A stretch of DNA of 64,000 nucleotides from Bradymonadia bacterium. GTDB taxonomy: Bacteria; Myxococcota_A; Bradymonadia; UBA7976; UBA1532. The notes below the pieces were generated by a model that searched no databases, was not told where the DNA came from, and saw nothing but the letters and a program-made list of their open reading frames with translations. Both the position numbers and the translations under genes were made by a program. The DNA lies in contig JBKAGE010000078.1 in NCBI GenBank assembly GCA_046290225.1, positions 1 through 64,000 of the forward strand. Reading direction: 5' to 3'. Positions 18,366-28,398 of the stretch are shown here, one piece after another; positions within the stretch are counted from its first letter, which is position 1, and the number at the start of each line of letters is the position of its first letter.

Positions 18366-21157
18366 CAAATCTGCTCCGTCCGGGCCCGCCACGTGGCTTC
18401 GAGCTGACCTCGCTGCTTCGCCAGACTCCGGGCCCGCTCCACCTCACCGAGGGCGGTGAGCAGAGGGACTGCGTCGTGGATCAATTGAATCAGGGCCAGA
18501 TGATCGTCGAGCTCGGTGAGCAGCGCCAAAGCGTCCTGGCAAGCCTCACGGGCCTTGTCCAGCTCAGCACGCAGCTCTGGAGACAAGGCCAGGACCTGAG
18601 AAGAGACGCCAGTCCCCTCATCGGCGAGCACCTCGTCGATGAGCCGATTGATGCTGGCCCCCTCACCTTCCTGATCGCTCTGCTCGTCAAACGCCAGAGC
18701 CGCCTCTTCTGCTGCGGCGAGCAGGTCGATGCCTGCGGCGTCCATGTGCACCAGCGCACGGACGTGAAGACACTTGGCCAGCTCATAGTTTTCCTGGTGG
18801 CGTCGGGCAAGATCCAGGGTGGGTCCGATGGCCTCTTCGGCGCCGGACTGATCCCCTTCGGCGCGGCGGGCCAACGCCACCACCCGACGTGCCCGAGCCT
18901 GCACGCGCACATCCCCCAGCTGCTCCGCCAGAGCTGCAGCCTGACGCCCTTGCCGCTCACCAGTCTCGTGAAGGCCTTCTGCTGAGTTCACCGCCGCCAG
19001 CAAAGTCATCGCCTTGGCAGTCTGCCCACGATCGCCGACTTCTCGGGCCCGCTCCAGGGCGCTGGTGGCCGACTCCCGCGCTTTGTCCCACTGCGCCCAG
19101 TACAGGTACAGGTCAGAAAGGGCCAGGTGTGAAGTCACCACGCCCACAGCGTCACGGATACGCAGCCTGATCTGCAGTGCCTCGAACAAGGTCTTCTCGG
19201 CGATGCGAAGAAAACCAGTATCCCGCTGCACTCGGCCGAGGTTGGTGAGGGATACAGCGATGGAGCGTGGATCTTTGAGACGCCGCCGCAAGTCGAGAGC
19301 CTCGGTGAAGAGGTTGAGCGCCACTTCGCGATTTTCGCGGCGCAGAGCCACCTGACCGAGATCGTCGAGCGACGAGGCCACACCGGGGCCGTCATCCGCC
19401 TCCAAAAAGAGACGGCGGCCCTGTTCTAGAAGGCTGTTGGCCTGATCATAGCGCGCCTGCGCCCGATAGAGCCGGCCCAGCCGGTTCAACGCAGCGCCTG
19501 CCTTCGCCCGGTGATCAAGCACCCACGCGTGAATCAGCATCTGACGGAAGGCGCGCTCGGCGTCAGGGTAGCGGCCCGTGATCGTATAGAGCGTACCCAG
19601 GGCATGCTGAACGTCCATGAGGGCCAGGGCATCGCTGTCGTCGAGCAACTTGAGAGCCAGCCGATAGGCTTCGATGGCCGACTCGTGGGCGAAGCGATTG
19701 CGGGCCCCCTGACCCGCCTGGATGTAATAGAAGGCCGCCCGGTGCCGGTTGCCACCCTCTGCATAATGCCGCGCCACCTCTCTGCTGAGGTGTTCCTCGT
19801 GCAGGTTCATGTGGCTCTCGAGCCACTCCGCCACCACGCCGTGAGCCACCCGTCGAGCGTCCTCTTCGAGTTGAGCCTCGAGCCATACACGCTCAGCCGG
19901 ATCAGTGAACAGAAAGCGGCGCCCGTGACCCGACTGCCCCACAGGCTCGATGATGTGACGCCCCTGGAGGGCATCGAGGATGGCGTCGAGCTCACCCTGA
20001 GCAGGCAGGTCGATCCACTGGGTCACCGCCTCGTCCACCCCCTGCTCCACGCGAGCGAGTGGGATCAGCGCCTCGGACCAGAAGACCTCTCCCACGACGG
20101 CGGCCCGGGTGAGCCACCGCAGCATCTGCTCATCGCAGGCATCAAGACGGTGATGCGCTGCAGCCTCTTCTGTGAGCGGGAAATCCACCTCGAGGGGGGT
20201 CGACGTGTCAAAGGGCCAGGGATCCCCAGGAGGCGGGATCACCCCCTCTTCCATCATACGACGGACCCCCTGCCGCAGACGCTCGGGGTTGCCCTCCGAC
20301 ACATCGCTCAGGACCTGAACGAGGTTGTCTGGGGGCGACGCCTCTCGGAGCGACATCTGTTGGATCAACTGCACCATGTGGCCGCGCTCGAGGGGCGGCA
20401 ACCGCAAAACGGCGTGACCAAGCCTCTGAAAGAAAGCCGGCTCACCAGCCAGCGTCTCTTCATCCACCTCACACAACATCATGATGGGGCTCTCCACGAG
20501 ATGATCTCGCAGATACCCGAGGAGGGAGATGGCCTCTGGAGGCGCGGAGCTCAAGTGCTCCACGAGCAACATCAGGGGGCCCTGTTGGGCCTTCTGCCGC
20601 AAAAGCCAGGTCATCGCCGCAAAGGCCCGCCGCCTGATCATGCCAGGATCCTCAGCGGAGCCCCGGTCCTCAGGGCTCACCAGCCCGAGCCGCAAGAAGA
20701 AGTCCAGGCCTGTGAGCGCCTCGGCAAGATCAGGAGGGCTCAACTTCCGTACGGCCTCCCGAACCATCTGCCTCTGCGCGTCCACCGCTTCGGTGTCATC
20801 GAAGCCGAGGGCGTTCTTGAGCAGTCGCCCAAAGGGCCTGAACCCATCATGCCGCTCGTCGACTCGGGCGATGTAACCCCTGATGGCCGACACATCACTG
20901 AACTCGTTGTCGTGGCGTGACCAGAACCGCTCCATGAGCCGTGATCGACCCATCCCTGCTGGCCCGACGAGGGCGACGATGGCCGGTGCCCGATTACGCA
21001 GGACCCCGTCGAGCACCTCGTTGAGGGCAGCGAGCGCCCGGGTCCGCCCAACGAAGGGCGGGGGCGTTGTCGGGCGAGCACGCCAGAGCGGCCGTTTACA
21101 GCTGCCGCAGCGGTTGCCGCCTCGGCGATCGTCGTATTGACAGTGTGGGCAAATCAC
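18365..21157 (-). CDS. Zinc-ribbon + degenerate STAND/AAA ATPase + TPR protein
   Basis: CPHC..CGSC, FVGR, GPAGMGRS P-loop, GNP, long C-terminal TPR array. Confidence 0.78.
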   Translation of the reverse strand: MICPHCQYDDRRGGNRCGSCKRPLWRARPTTPPPFVGRTRALAALNEVLDGVLRNRAPAIVALVGPAGMGRSRLMERFWSRHDNEFSDVSAIRGYIARVDERHDGFRPFGRLLKNALGFDDTEAVDAQRQMVREAVRKLSPPDLAEALTGLDFFLRLGLVSPEDRGSAEDPGMIRRRAFAAMTWLLRQKAQQGPLMLLVEHLSSAPPEAISLLGYLRDHLVESPIMMLCEVDEETLAGEPAFFQRLGHAVLRLPPLERGHMVQLIQQMSLREASPPDNLVQVLSDVSEGNPERLRQGVRRMMEEGVIPPPGDPWPFDTSTPLEVDFPLTEEAAAHHRLDACDEQMLRWLTRAAVVGEVFWSEALIPLARVEQGVDEAVTQWIDLPAQGELDAILDALQGRHIIEPVGQSGHGRRFLFTDPAERVWLEAQLEEDARRVAHGVVAEWLESHMNLHEEHLSREVARHYAEGGNRHRAAFYYIQAGQGARNRFAHESAIEAYRLALKLLDDSDALALMDVQHALGTLYTITGRYPDAERAFRQMLIHAWVLDHRAKAGAALNRLGRLYRAQARYDQANSLLEQGRRLFLEADDGPGVASSLDDLGQVALRRENREVALNLFTEALDLRRRLKDPRSIAVSLTNLGRVQRDTGFLRIAEKTLFEALQIRLRIRDAVGVVTSHLALSDLYLYWAQWDKARESATSALERAREVGDRGQTAKAMTLLAAVNSAEGLHETGERQGRQAAALAEQLGDVRVQARARRVVALARRAEGDQSGAEEAIGPTLDLARRHQENYELAKCLHVRALVHMDAAGIDLLAAAEEAALAFDEQSDQEGEGASINRLIDEVLADEGTGVSSQVLALSPELRAELDKAREACQDALALLTELDDHLALIQLIHDAVPLLTALGEVERARSLAKQRGQLEATWRARTEQI

Positions 21158-21242
21158 GCAACGTCCTCGGGCGGGTGTGGTGGCATTGTGCCCCTCAGCG
21201 CCGAGATCTGTAAACTAAGCGCACATCAGGAGGTTTGCCCGC

Positions 21243-22547
21243 GTGCCCCGAGCTGCTTTGTTCTCTCTTCTTCTCGTGACGGCTCTCGCGCTCAGCGCCT
21301 GCGGTGGTGGCGAGGCCTCACGGCCAACGCCCCAGGAGCCCTCTGCCCGCCTGGAGGTCCATCGCACACTCGAGGCGGTGGTGCTCATCGACGACCGACA
21401 GCGCAAGGTGCCCGATCACGAGGTGCGCAATCGAGCCCGGCTTCGAGCGTTGTCGCAAGGCCTCACCGAGGCCATGGGCGTGGCGGTTCAGATGAAAGCC
21501 CTCGTGGACTTGCCCGAGGTCCCCCGTGACGCCCTCGATGACGTGCTCGGCGCTCTGGAGCAGCACGAGGGCCTCCCCAAGGCAGATCTCTACATCGCGC
21601 TCATCGGCGATCCGCCACCGACTCGGCCCACCATCGGGGATCTGGTGGTGAGTCGCTACGGTGGCCGAATCATTGTGTCGCGTACTCTCTCGGCACGCTT
21701 CCCTGCCCATGCGCAGAGCAGCAGGCTCGCCGCGGAGCGTGCCCTCCTGATGCAGGGTGCTGGACGCATCTTTGGCGCTCTGCCCGCCTGCGGGCAGTAC
21801 TACATGGGACGCCAGCCCCCCCTTGCCTGGGCCAGCCCCGACCGCAGGCCGCTCTCATGGCACCCACTCAACCTGACCCTGATGCGACGGCACCGGGACA
21901 TCGACCTGAGGCCCGAGAGCACACGCCAAATCATCACCGCTGAGGTGGCGAAGGATGCTGCGGCCCTCATCGAGACAGATCTGCCGAGTGCGGTGGCACG
22001 GTGCCGCCCCGCGGAGCTCGATGCCCACCGCCGCCTTCTGCGATCCCTCGCTGAGCCTTCGGCGAAGCCGCCTCCACCCCCTGCCCCTGTCCCTTCCCCC
22101 TCGAATCCGGATGTCGTCGACGGGCTGGCGGCCCTCGAGGCCGAGCAATGGGGCAAGGCCTACGCGCTCTGTGCCCCTGCGGCGGAGGCAGATCCCACAG
22201 GTGATGCGCCGAGATGTGCGGGCCTCGCCGCCGAGAAGCTCGATCGACCCTCCGAAGCCATCAGCTTTCTGCGGGCTCACCTTGCCCATCACCCCGCTGA
22301 CGATGTCGTCATGTTGCGGCTCGCCCGTTTGCTCGGCCGCTCCGGCGACGACGGCGCCGCCAGGGCACTCCTGGAAGGCTTCGTGGGTCGAAACCCCAGC
22401 TCCGTGAAGGCACGACTCAACCTCGGCGTCGCTTATGCGCGTCTCGGTGATTACAAGAGAGCCAGGGTGCAGTGGCAGGCGGTACTCGATCTCTCTCCCG
22501 ACCACCCTACGGCGAAGAAACTGCTCGCTCAGCTGCCGACGCCCTGA
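21243..22547 (+). CDS. Lipoprotein with C-terminal TPRs
   Basis: Lipobox LSAC; Pro linker; ARLNLGVAYARLGDYKRA TPR. Confidence 0.72.
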   Translation: MPRAALFSLLLVTALALSACGGGEASRPTPQEPSARLEVHRTLEAVVLIDDRQRKVPDHEVRNRARLRALSQGLTEAMGVAVQMKALVDLPEVPRDALDDVLGALEQHEGLPKADLYIALIGDPPPTRPTIGDLVVSRYGGRIIVSRTLSARFPAHAQSSRLAAERALLMQGAGRIFGALPACGQYYMGRQPPLAWASPDRRPLSWHPLNLTLMRRHRDIDLRPESTRQIITAEVAKDAAALIETDLPSAVARCRPAELDAHRRLLRSLAEPSAKPPPPPAPVPSPSNPDVVDGLAALEAEQWGKAYALCAPAAEADPTGDAPRCAGLAAEKLDRPSEAISFLRAHLAHHPADDVVMLRLARLLGRSGDDGAARALLEGFVGRNPSSVKARLNLGVAYARLGDYKRARVQWQAVLDLSPDHPTAKKLLAQLPTP

Positions 22548-23403
22548 GCCGATCGTCCGCCTTCCATCGACGGTGAATCCAGAGCCACTGCCCTGGCGAG
22601 TCGCGGATCGCCGATTCGATGCATGCGGTGTATACGCCCGTCGCCTTTGTATGCGCTGCATCTGTACGCTCAGGCGGCGGTAGAGGTGGCTCGATGTTGA
22701 CGTGCAGCCCATCAGGCCGCCGATACACAAAGACCGGCACCACTGGAGCCTTCGAAAGGCTCGACAGTCGGGCGAGATCGAGGCTGGTCGCCGCAGCGCG
22801 TCCAAAGAAGGGCACCACCGCGGCCTCAGGTCTAGGATCGTGCTGATCAAGGACCATGGCCACGACCTCGCCTCGGCGAAGGGCCCGGATGATGGCCCGA
22901 CCAGATCCGCGGGCTTCGAGGAAGCTCACACCCGGCGCCCGCCACCGACGCCAGAGTCGATCCGCCCACCCCAAAGACAGCCGCTTGCTGACCACGTGCA
23001 CCGGCCTCTGTGCAGCTGCTGCGGCGTGGATCAACGCCTCCCATGGTCCCAAATGGGCCGAGAGTAGGAGCACTCCCCCGTCTTCACAGGCCCCGTGCAA
23101 ATGCTCCAACCCATGAAAATGCAGTACGGATCCTCGATGAGCACCACAGACGAGCTCGACGAAGTGCATGCCCAGCTCGGCGTACATCTCGGCGACGACC
23201 TGCTCTCTCGGGGCACCAAAGGCCAGGGCCACCTGCCGCCTCGCGACACGCCGTCGAACAGGCACCAGCCTGTACCAACACCAGCCGAATCCACGTCCGA
23301 AGGCGAGGGCCCAACGTCGAGGCAAGCGCCGAAGGGTGAAGGCCAGAATGACGAGTACAGGTAGGGCAATGAGAGCCAAAGCGCCCAGAACGACCTTCTT
23401 CAC
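22507..23403 (-). CDS. Lipid A secondary acyltransferase (LpxL/HtrB family)
   Basis: SAHLGPWE, MVLDQH, VPFFG, PGQWLWIHRRWK; GTG start overlapping lpxK stop. Confidence 0.85.
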   Translation of the reverse strand: MKKVVLGALALIALPVLVILAFTLRRLPRRWALAFGRGFGWCWYRLVPVRRRVARRQVALAFGAPREQVVAEMYAELGMHFVELVCGAHRGSVLHFHGLEHLHGACEDGGVLLLSAHLGPWEALIHAAAAAQRPVHVVSKRLSLGWADRLWRRWRAPGVSFLEARGSGRAIIRALRRGEVVAMVLDQHDPRPEAAVVPFFGRAAATSLDLARLSSLSKAPVVPVFVYRRPDGLHVNIEPPLPPPERTDAAHTKATGVYTACIESAIRDSPGQWLWIHRRWKADDRLRASAAERAVSSP

Positions 23404-24353
23404 GGCGGTCCCAAGCCCAACGCACAGGCCTCGCCCAGCCTGATGTCGAGGCCGACGTGCAGCACCCAACATCCCGCAGCCAGGGTAGGATCACGCGCAG
23501 CATCCTTCGCCGTGGTGACACAGATGGAGGCGGCAGACTTCGCACGGGCGATCGACTTCGCCCTCGGCGACACATGATCCAGGCCCTCGAGCTGATGCAC
23601 GACACGGGCCCCCAGAGACTCAAGCGTGGCAAAGAAGGACGCCGGACGTCCGATGGCACACCACGCGGAGACGGTGCGCCCTCTCAGATGTGAAGGCGGC
23701 CAGACCTGACCGAGCGGGTCGACGAGCCGCTCGGGCGCCATGGCGCTGACCACATCACCCTCAGGCACACCTCCTCGACACTGCTCCACCTTGTGTACCC
23801 ACACGCAGTCCACTGGGGGAATGCACTCCAGTGGCACCCTGAGTGGCCCTGCAGGCCAGACGGCTCGGGCTGCCCCAGCATCGACGACCACCACCTCTCG
23901 ATGTCTGGCCAGTGTGGGATCGAGCCACCCGTCGTCGACAACGACGACCTCTGCCGAGGTGCTCCGGATGATGTGTTGTCGATCCTTGCCCACCCAGACC
24001 TCGATCTGCTCGGGCAGGCTGGCCCGCAACATCGCCCCCTCGTCCCCGCCGATGAGCGGATCGGCCACGTCGAGTCTCTGGCCCCCCCCTGCATCGCCTT
24101 TGTATCCCCTCGACACAACCGCCACAGAGAGCCCGCTCGCATGGAACATCTGGGCAAGCCAGAGGGTCACAGGGGTTTTGCCAGCTCCACCCACGGAGAC
24201 GCCACCCACCACCACCACCCAAGGGGCGCCACCCTCGATTCTCGGACCTCTCTTGTCGATGCGGAGGGTACCTACCCGGCCTGCGAGGGCTCCGAGAGAT
24301 CTCGAAAACCGGTGAGGGGCAGCTCGGTGCAACCATCGCTGCACCCGCGCCAT
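23400..24353 (-). CDS. lpxK: Tetraacyldisaccharide 4'-kinase (divergent)
   Basis: VGGVSVGGAGKTP, VSRGY, GDEG, DDG, PAGPLR, AIGRPASF, TTAKDA. Confidence 0.82.
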   Translation of the reverse strand: MARVQRWLHRAAPHRFSRSLGALAGRVGTLRIDKRGPRIEGGAPWVVVVGGVSVGGAGKTPVTLWLAQMFHASGLSVAVVSRGYKGDAGGGQRLDVADPLIGGDEGAMLRASLPEQIEVWVGKDRQHIIRSTSAEVVVVDDGWLDPTLARHREVVVVDAGAARAVWPAGPLRVPLECIPPVDCVWVHKVEQCRGGVPEGDVVSAMAPERLVDPLGQVWPPSHLRGRTVSAWCAIGRPASFFATLESLGARVVHQLEGLDHVSPRAKSIARAKSAASICVTTAKDAARDPTLAAGCWVLHVGLDIRLGEACALGLGPP

Positions 24354-24431
24354 TGAGCCGTCTACACGATGTTCTTCAGGTAAAAGCACGAGATGGTCGT
24401 TCAAAGAAGAGTCCGCTCCGCTGGTTCAGAA

Positions 24432-24461
24432 TTGACCGCGATTGCTACCCGACCCTATCAT
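24432..24461 (+). promoter_or_regulatory. Putative sigma70 promoter of the GAF gene
   Basis: TTGACC-18-TATCAT, 11 nt before ATG 24473. Confidence 0.5.
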
Positions 24462-24472
24462 CCCTCCGGCTC

Positions 24473-25633
24473 ATGCTCTACGAGGTCCACATCCCCCAAC
24501 CTGGCCAGCGTCCCCCACGCGTCGAGCGCGTGCACGGTGACAACTGGCTCGACGCGCTGCGGCGCGGTCTCGCGGCGGCTTCTCTGCCTGCGCCGACGAC
24601 CAACCTTGCCTGCGATCTGCAAGATGACGAGTCGGTCATCATCACCGACACAGGCACAGGTAAGGTCTTCCGGGTGCAGCCTGCCCGCCTCGGGGCGAAC
24701 CCGCGGCGGCTGAGCCTCAACACCACCCCCATGAGCCCACCGCCTCAAATGGAGGCGGGGCATCGCTCATCTTCCGAGTCTGCTTTGAGCGACCCGCTGA
24801 GCGATCCCGGTGAGGCTTCACTGATGGATCCGCTGGCCAGCTTGAAAACGCCAGCCTCTGTGACGGGCGACGCCAGCATGGCTGATCCGATGATGATCTC
24901 TTCGGATCACAGCGAGGTCATCCGGCCCTCGGCGCTCCAGCCCGAGCCCACCCCTCACGATGACCGGCCCACGATGCCACGGACGCTGCCGCCTGTGACC
25001 TCGCCGAATCGCCCTGACGATCTCATCAATGAGGCCCTCGGCGGGGGCGACGATCGTCATGACGACTTCGATGACGAGCCCACGCTCACCACGACGCAAA
25101 GCGCCTTTGCCGGGCGACATGTGCAGTCGACTCTGAGCTTCGACGACGTGTCGATGGAACTGGATGAGCTGCGCATGATGGGCCGTGACATCCACGACGC
25201 CTGCAACTTCACCCTGGACGTACTCCTGGGCCGGGTGGGTTGCCGGGGCGGCGCCATCATGCTGATCAAACCTCACCAGCGCAGTTTCTATTTTGCTGCA
25301 GTGAGAGGCCCCCGACTGGCCTCCTATGTACAGCAGTTGGTGCCCCTCGCAGATGGTGTGCCCGGAGCCGCCTTGCGCAGCCGACGCCCCGTGAATCTGA
25401 TCGATCCCGCTCACAGTCCGCTGTATGCCCGGGACTTCACCAGCGCTCATGACGTGCCGCCACGGTCGATTCTGTGTGTACCGGTGTTTGCCCAGGCCAA
25501 GGCCTTTGGCATGATCGATCTCGTCGATCGCATCGGCCGTGACGGCTTCACTCAAGAAGACGAAGAGCTCACCACTCTGTGCGCTCAGCGGCTGGGCGAT
25601 CACTTCGCCTCACTGCTCCCGCGCCGCAGGTAG
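24473..25633 (+). CDS. GAF-domain protein with small N-terminal domain and Pro/Asp-rich linker
   Basis: C-terminal GAF (FYFAAVRG, SILCVPV, FGMIDLVDR, FTQEDE). Confidence 0.78.
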   Translation: MLYEVHIPQPGQRPPRVERVHGDNWLDALRRGLAAASLPAPTTNLACDLQDDESVIITDTGTGKVFRVQPARLGANPRRLSLNTTPMSPPPQMEAGHRSSSESALSDPLSDPGEASLMDPLASLKTPASVTGDASMADPMMISSDHSEVIRPSALQPEPTPHDDRPTMPRTLPPVTSPNRPDDLINEALGGGDDRHDDFDDEPTLTTTQSAFAGRHVQSTLSFDDVSMELDELRMMGRDIHDACNFTLDVLLGRVGCRGGAIMLIKPHQRSFYFAAVRGPRLASYVQQLVPLADGVPGAALRSRRPVNLIDPAHSPLYARDFTSAHDVPPRSILCVPVFAQAKAFGMIDLVDRIGRDGFTQEDEELTTLCAQRLGDHFASLLPRRR

Positions 25634-25723
25634 AGCACGACTGGTCAGAGCCAGTCGCGCCACATCAACGAAATGTATGAGAGAAGATGAAGGCAGCGGG
25701 GCGATCACTCGCCCCGCCGGGCA

Positions 25724-27340
25724 TCACATGCCTTCGTGGTAGGACTTCAAGGACAGGGCCCGCTGCTGATGACGCAGCTTGCGGATGGCCTGCGCCTCGA
25801 TCTGACGGATCCGCTCGCGGGTGAGGTCGAAGACCTGGCCCACCTCTTCGAGGGTGTGATCGCTGCGCACGCCAATGCCGAAACGCAACCGGAGCACCTT
25901 GGCCTCGCGAGGGGTCAGCGTCTCCAGCACCTTGTTCGTCTCCTCGGTGAGGAGCTGCTTGAAGGTCATCTCGCCAGGAGATGGCGCGGTCGGATCTTCG
26001 ATGAAGTCACCGAGGTGGCTGTCATCGTCGCCCACCGGCGTCTCCAAAGAGACCGGGGAGCGGCTGATCTTGAGCGCCCGGCGCACCTGCTCACCGGTCA
26101 TCTCGAGCTTGTCGGCGATCTCTTCCGGCGTCGGCGGCCGCTCGAGGCCCTGCTCGAGCTGACGGGACACGCGGCTGATCTTGTTGATCGTCTCGATCAG
26201 GTGCACCGGAATCCGGATGGTACGCGCCTGATCGGCGATGGCCCGAGTGATGGCCTGTCGGATCCACCATGTGGCGTAGGTGCTGAACTTGTGACCACGA
26301 CGGTACTCGAACTTGTCCACCGCCCGCATGAGGCCGATGTTGCCCTCCTGGACCAGGTCGAGGAAGTGCAGACCGTGGTTCAAGTAACGCTTGGCGATGC
26401 TCACCACCAGACGAAGGTTCGCCAGGATCATGGCAGCCTTGGCCTTCTCGAGTACACGAGCGCTCCGGCCGATGCCCTTCACCAGCTCCACGAGCTCCTC
26501 AGCGGGCATGCCCACCTTGGACTCGATGTCACTGATGGCCTTCTGGGCCCGCTCCACCGACTTCACCAGCTCGACACAGTCCGAGTCCTTGAGGCCACTT
26601 TCAGGGCTTGGGGACTCACCGGCGAGGAGGGCCTCAGCGGAAATGCCCGCCATGACCTCGACCCCTCGGATCTGCTCCTGCCAGTCGCGGATCTGAGCCC
26701 GGGCGTTCTGGAGCGACTCGGCGATGAGCACGATCATGTTCCAGCTGACATTCATGCGATCGACGAGCTCCCGGAGCTCACCATCGTAGTCACGGTTCTT
26801 CCGACGGCTGGTCTTCGTCTCCCGACGGGCGCTGCGCAGGCGAGCCCGAGCGACGCTTTTCATCTCCTGGGCCAGGACCTCGATGCGCTCGATGCCCTGG
26901 AGGCCCGTCTTCTCGTCGGGCTCCTGGTTGCTGCTGCCGTCGACGATCTCACGGAGCGAGCGCAGGCCCTTCCGCACCTGACGGGGCAGATCGATGATGG
27001 CGTTCACCCCGAGCTGGGTCCGCAGGATGCCGCCGAGCACGCCCTCGCGACCAGCCTCGATCCGCTTGGCCAGCTCGACCTCCTTCTCACGGGTGAGCAG
27101 GTCGACGCAGCCGATACGGGACAGGTACATCCGCACCGAATCCAGCTCGGCGGCGCTGGCCGCAGGCTTCTTGGCGTTGGCTTGGCCCTTGGGGGGCCGC
27201 TCACGGGAATCACCATCAGGCTGGGTCTCGCGACCCACCTTGCCCTGAGCGATGGCCTTCCGAGCGTCGAACTCGAACTCGTCCGCTTCCGGACGCCGAA
27301 GGAACTGACGGGCGTCTTCACGAGTAATCTTGTCGGCCAT
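25724..27340 (-). CDS. RpoD-like sigma70 factor (regions 1.2, NCR, 2, 3, 4; no recognisable 1.1)
   Basis: [76 protein letters not shown]. Confidence 0.9.
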   Translation of the reverse strand: MADKITREDARQFLRRPEADEFEFDARKAIAQGKVGRETQPDGDSRERPPKGQANAKKPAASAAELDSVRMYLSRIGCVDLLTREKEVELAKRIEAGREGVLGGILRTQLGVNAIIDLPRQVRKGLRSLREIVDGSSNQEPDEKTGLQGIERIEVLAQEMKSVARARLRSARRETKTSRRKNRDYDGELRELVDRMNVSWNMIVLIAESLQNARAQIRDWQEQIRGVEVMAGISAEALLAGESPSPESGLKDSDCVELVKSVERAQKAISDIESKVGMPAEELVELVKGIGRSARVLEKAKAAMILANLRLVVSIAKRYLNHGLHFLDLVQEGNIGLMRAVDKFEYRRGHKFSTYATWWIRQAITRAIADQARTIRIPVHLIETINKISRVSRQLEQGLERPPTPEEIADKLEMTGEQVRRALKISRSPVSLETPVGDDDSHLGDFIEDPTAPSPGEMTFKQLLTEETNKVLETLTPREAKVLRLRFGIGVRSDHTLEEVGQVFDLTRERIRQIEAQAIRKLRHQQRALSLKSYHEGM

Positions 27341-27792
27341 GTTCGCACTCCCCTGCCCTCGTGGGCGGCTCAGGAAAGGTCACTCATTGAGTCGTCGTAG
27401 TTTCGATGTCCTCAAGAGCGACGATATTTCAAAGTCTCTCATCTCGGGTCCGTTGGTGAGTGTATGCCCCCAACGGCGAATTCTCACAAAATCACATGCA
27501 ACGTCTGCACCACTTGACTTTTTGTGATGCCCGCACTCACAGAAAGTCGCATTGGCGCAGGGGCTGAAGGCCGCTTATGCGGCGAAGACAGCCCATGTGC
27601 GACACCCTCCGATACCCAGAAGTCTGACACTGGTGTCAGAGGGTGCACGGATTTGCGACTACGTACGCACCCCGAGGTGGGGTCTATTGTTCTGGGGACA
27701 TCGTGCACCATAAAGCGTGAGTCGACCCCACCGAGACGCCCCTTGAGGCCTGGGGTCGACTCGAAAAAATCGATGACCCGGGGTGATTTGGG

Positions 27793-28398
27793 TCATGGGT
27801 GGTGGGGTGTGCCGCTCTCTCGAAGTGCATCAGTCACCCGGCCGGTGAACACCGATGTGTCTTCACCGGCGTCAGCGCTGATGGACGCGCCAATCCGCAC
27901 GCAAATTGCGCTGAATGGATAAGGCAAAAAGAAGGCGTCCCACGATGTCTTCATGTGATGACCCCGTCCTTCCATCGTGATCGGCACGACAGGACAACGG
28001 GCCCAAGCGGACAATCGGGCCACCCCTTCTTTGGCCACCCGCCGGGGACCTCGGGGTCCATCTACAGCGACAGCCACCACGTCACCTCGACGCAACACCC
28101 TCAGAAGGCCTCGGGCAGCCATCGCCCCACCGCGACTGCTGCTGCCATCGACTGTGGCGATGCCCAACCGCTGCATGATCTGCACTTGCAGTCGGCCATC
28201 CCGACTCAGACTGACAGGGACCGTGAGGCCTCTCGAGCTCACCAGTTGTCGGGCGGCGACGAGGGCAAGCTGATCACCATGGCAGAACGCGAGCACGAGA
28301 GGGCCCTCTGGCAACTGACCATGCACCCTGACTCTCAAGGTGGCGGTCCACACACGCACAACCCAGGAAACGAGCCAGCCGAGCAGCCGACGCCTCAC
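27793..28398 (-). CDS. DUF374/LpxJ-like lysophospholipid acyltransferase
   Basis: FCHGD, SLSRDG, GSSSRGG, AVDGPRGP, SWDAFFLPYPF. Confidence 0.85.
   Translation of the reverse strand: MRRRLLGWLVSWVVRVWTATLRVRVHGQLPEGPLVLAFCHGDQLALVAARQLVSSRGLTVPVSLSRDGRLQVQIMQRLGIATVDGSSSRGGAMAARGLLRVLRRGDVVAVAVDGPRGPRRVAKEGVARLSAWARCPVVPITMEGRGHHMKTSWDAFFLPYPFSAICVRIGASISADAGEDTSVFTGRVTDALRESGTPHHP

Noticed and set aside
25736..27400. 554-aa plus-strand ORF, and similar long ORFs opposite oppA, MMPL and the MCP
   Set aside because: In-register antisense shadows of conserved genes with no motifs of their own.
27719..27768. Canonical intrinsic terminator for the big operon
   Set aside because: Strong hairpin, but on the minus strand the U-run precedes the stem; kept only as part of the structured intergenic region.
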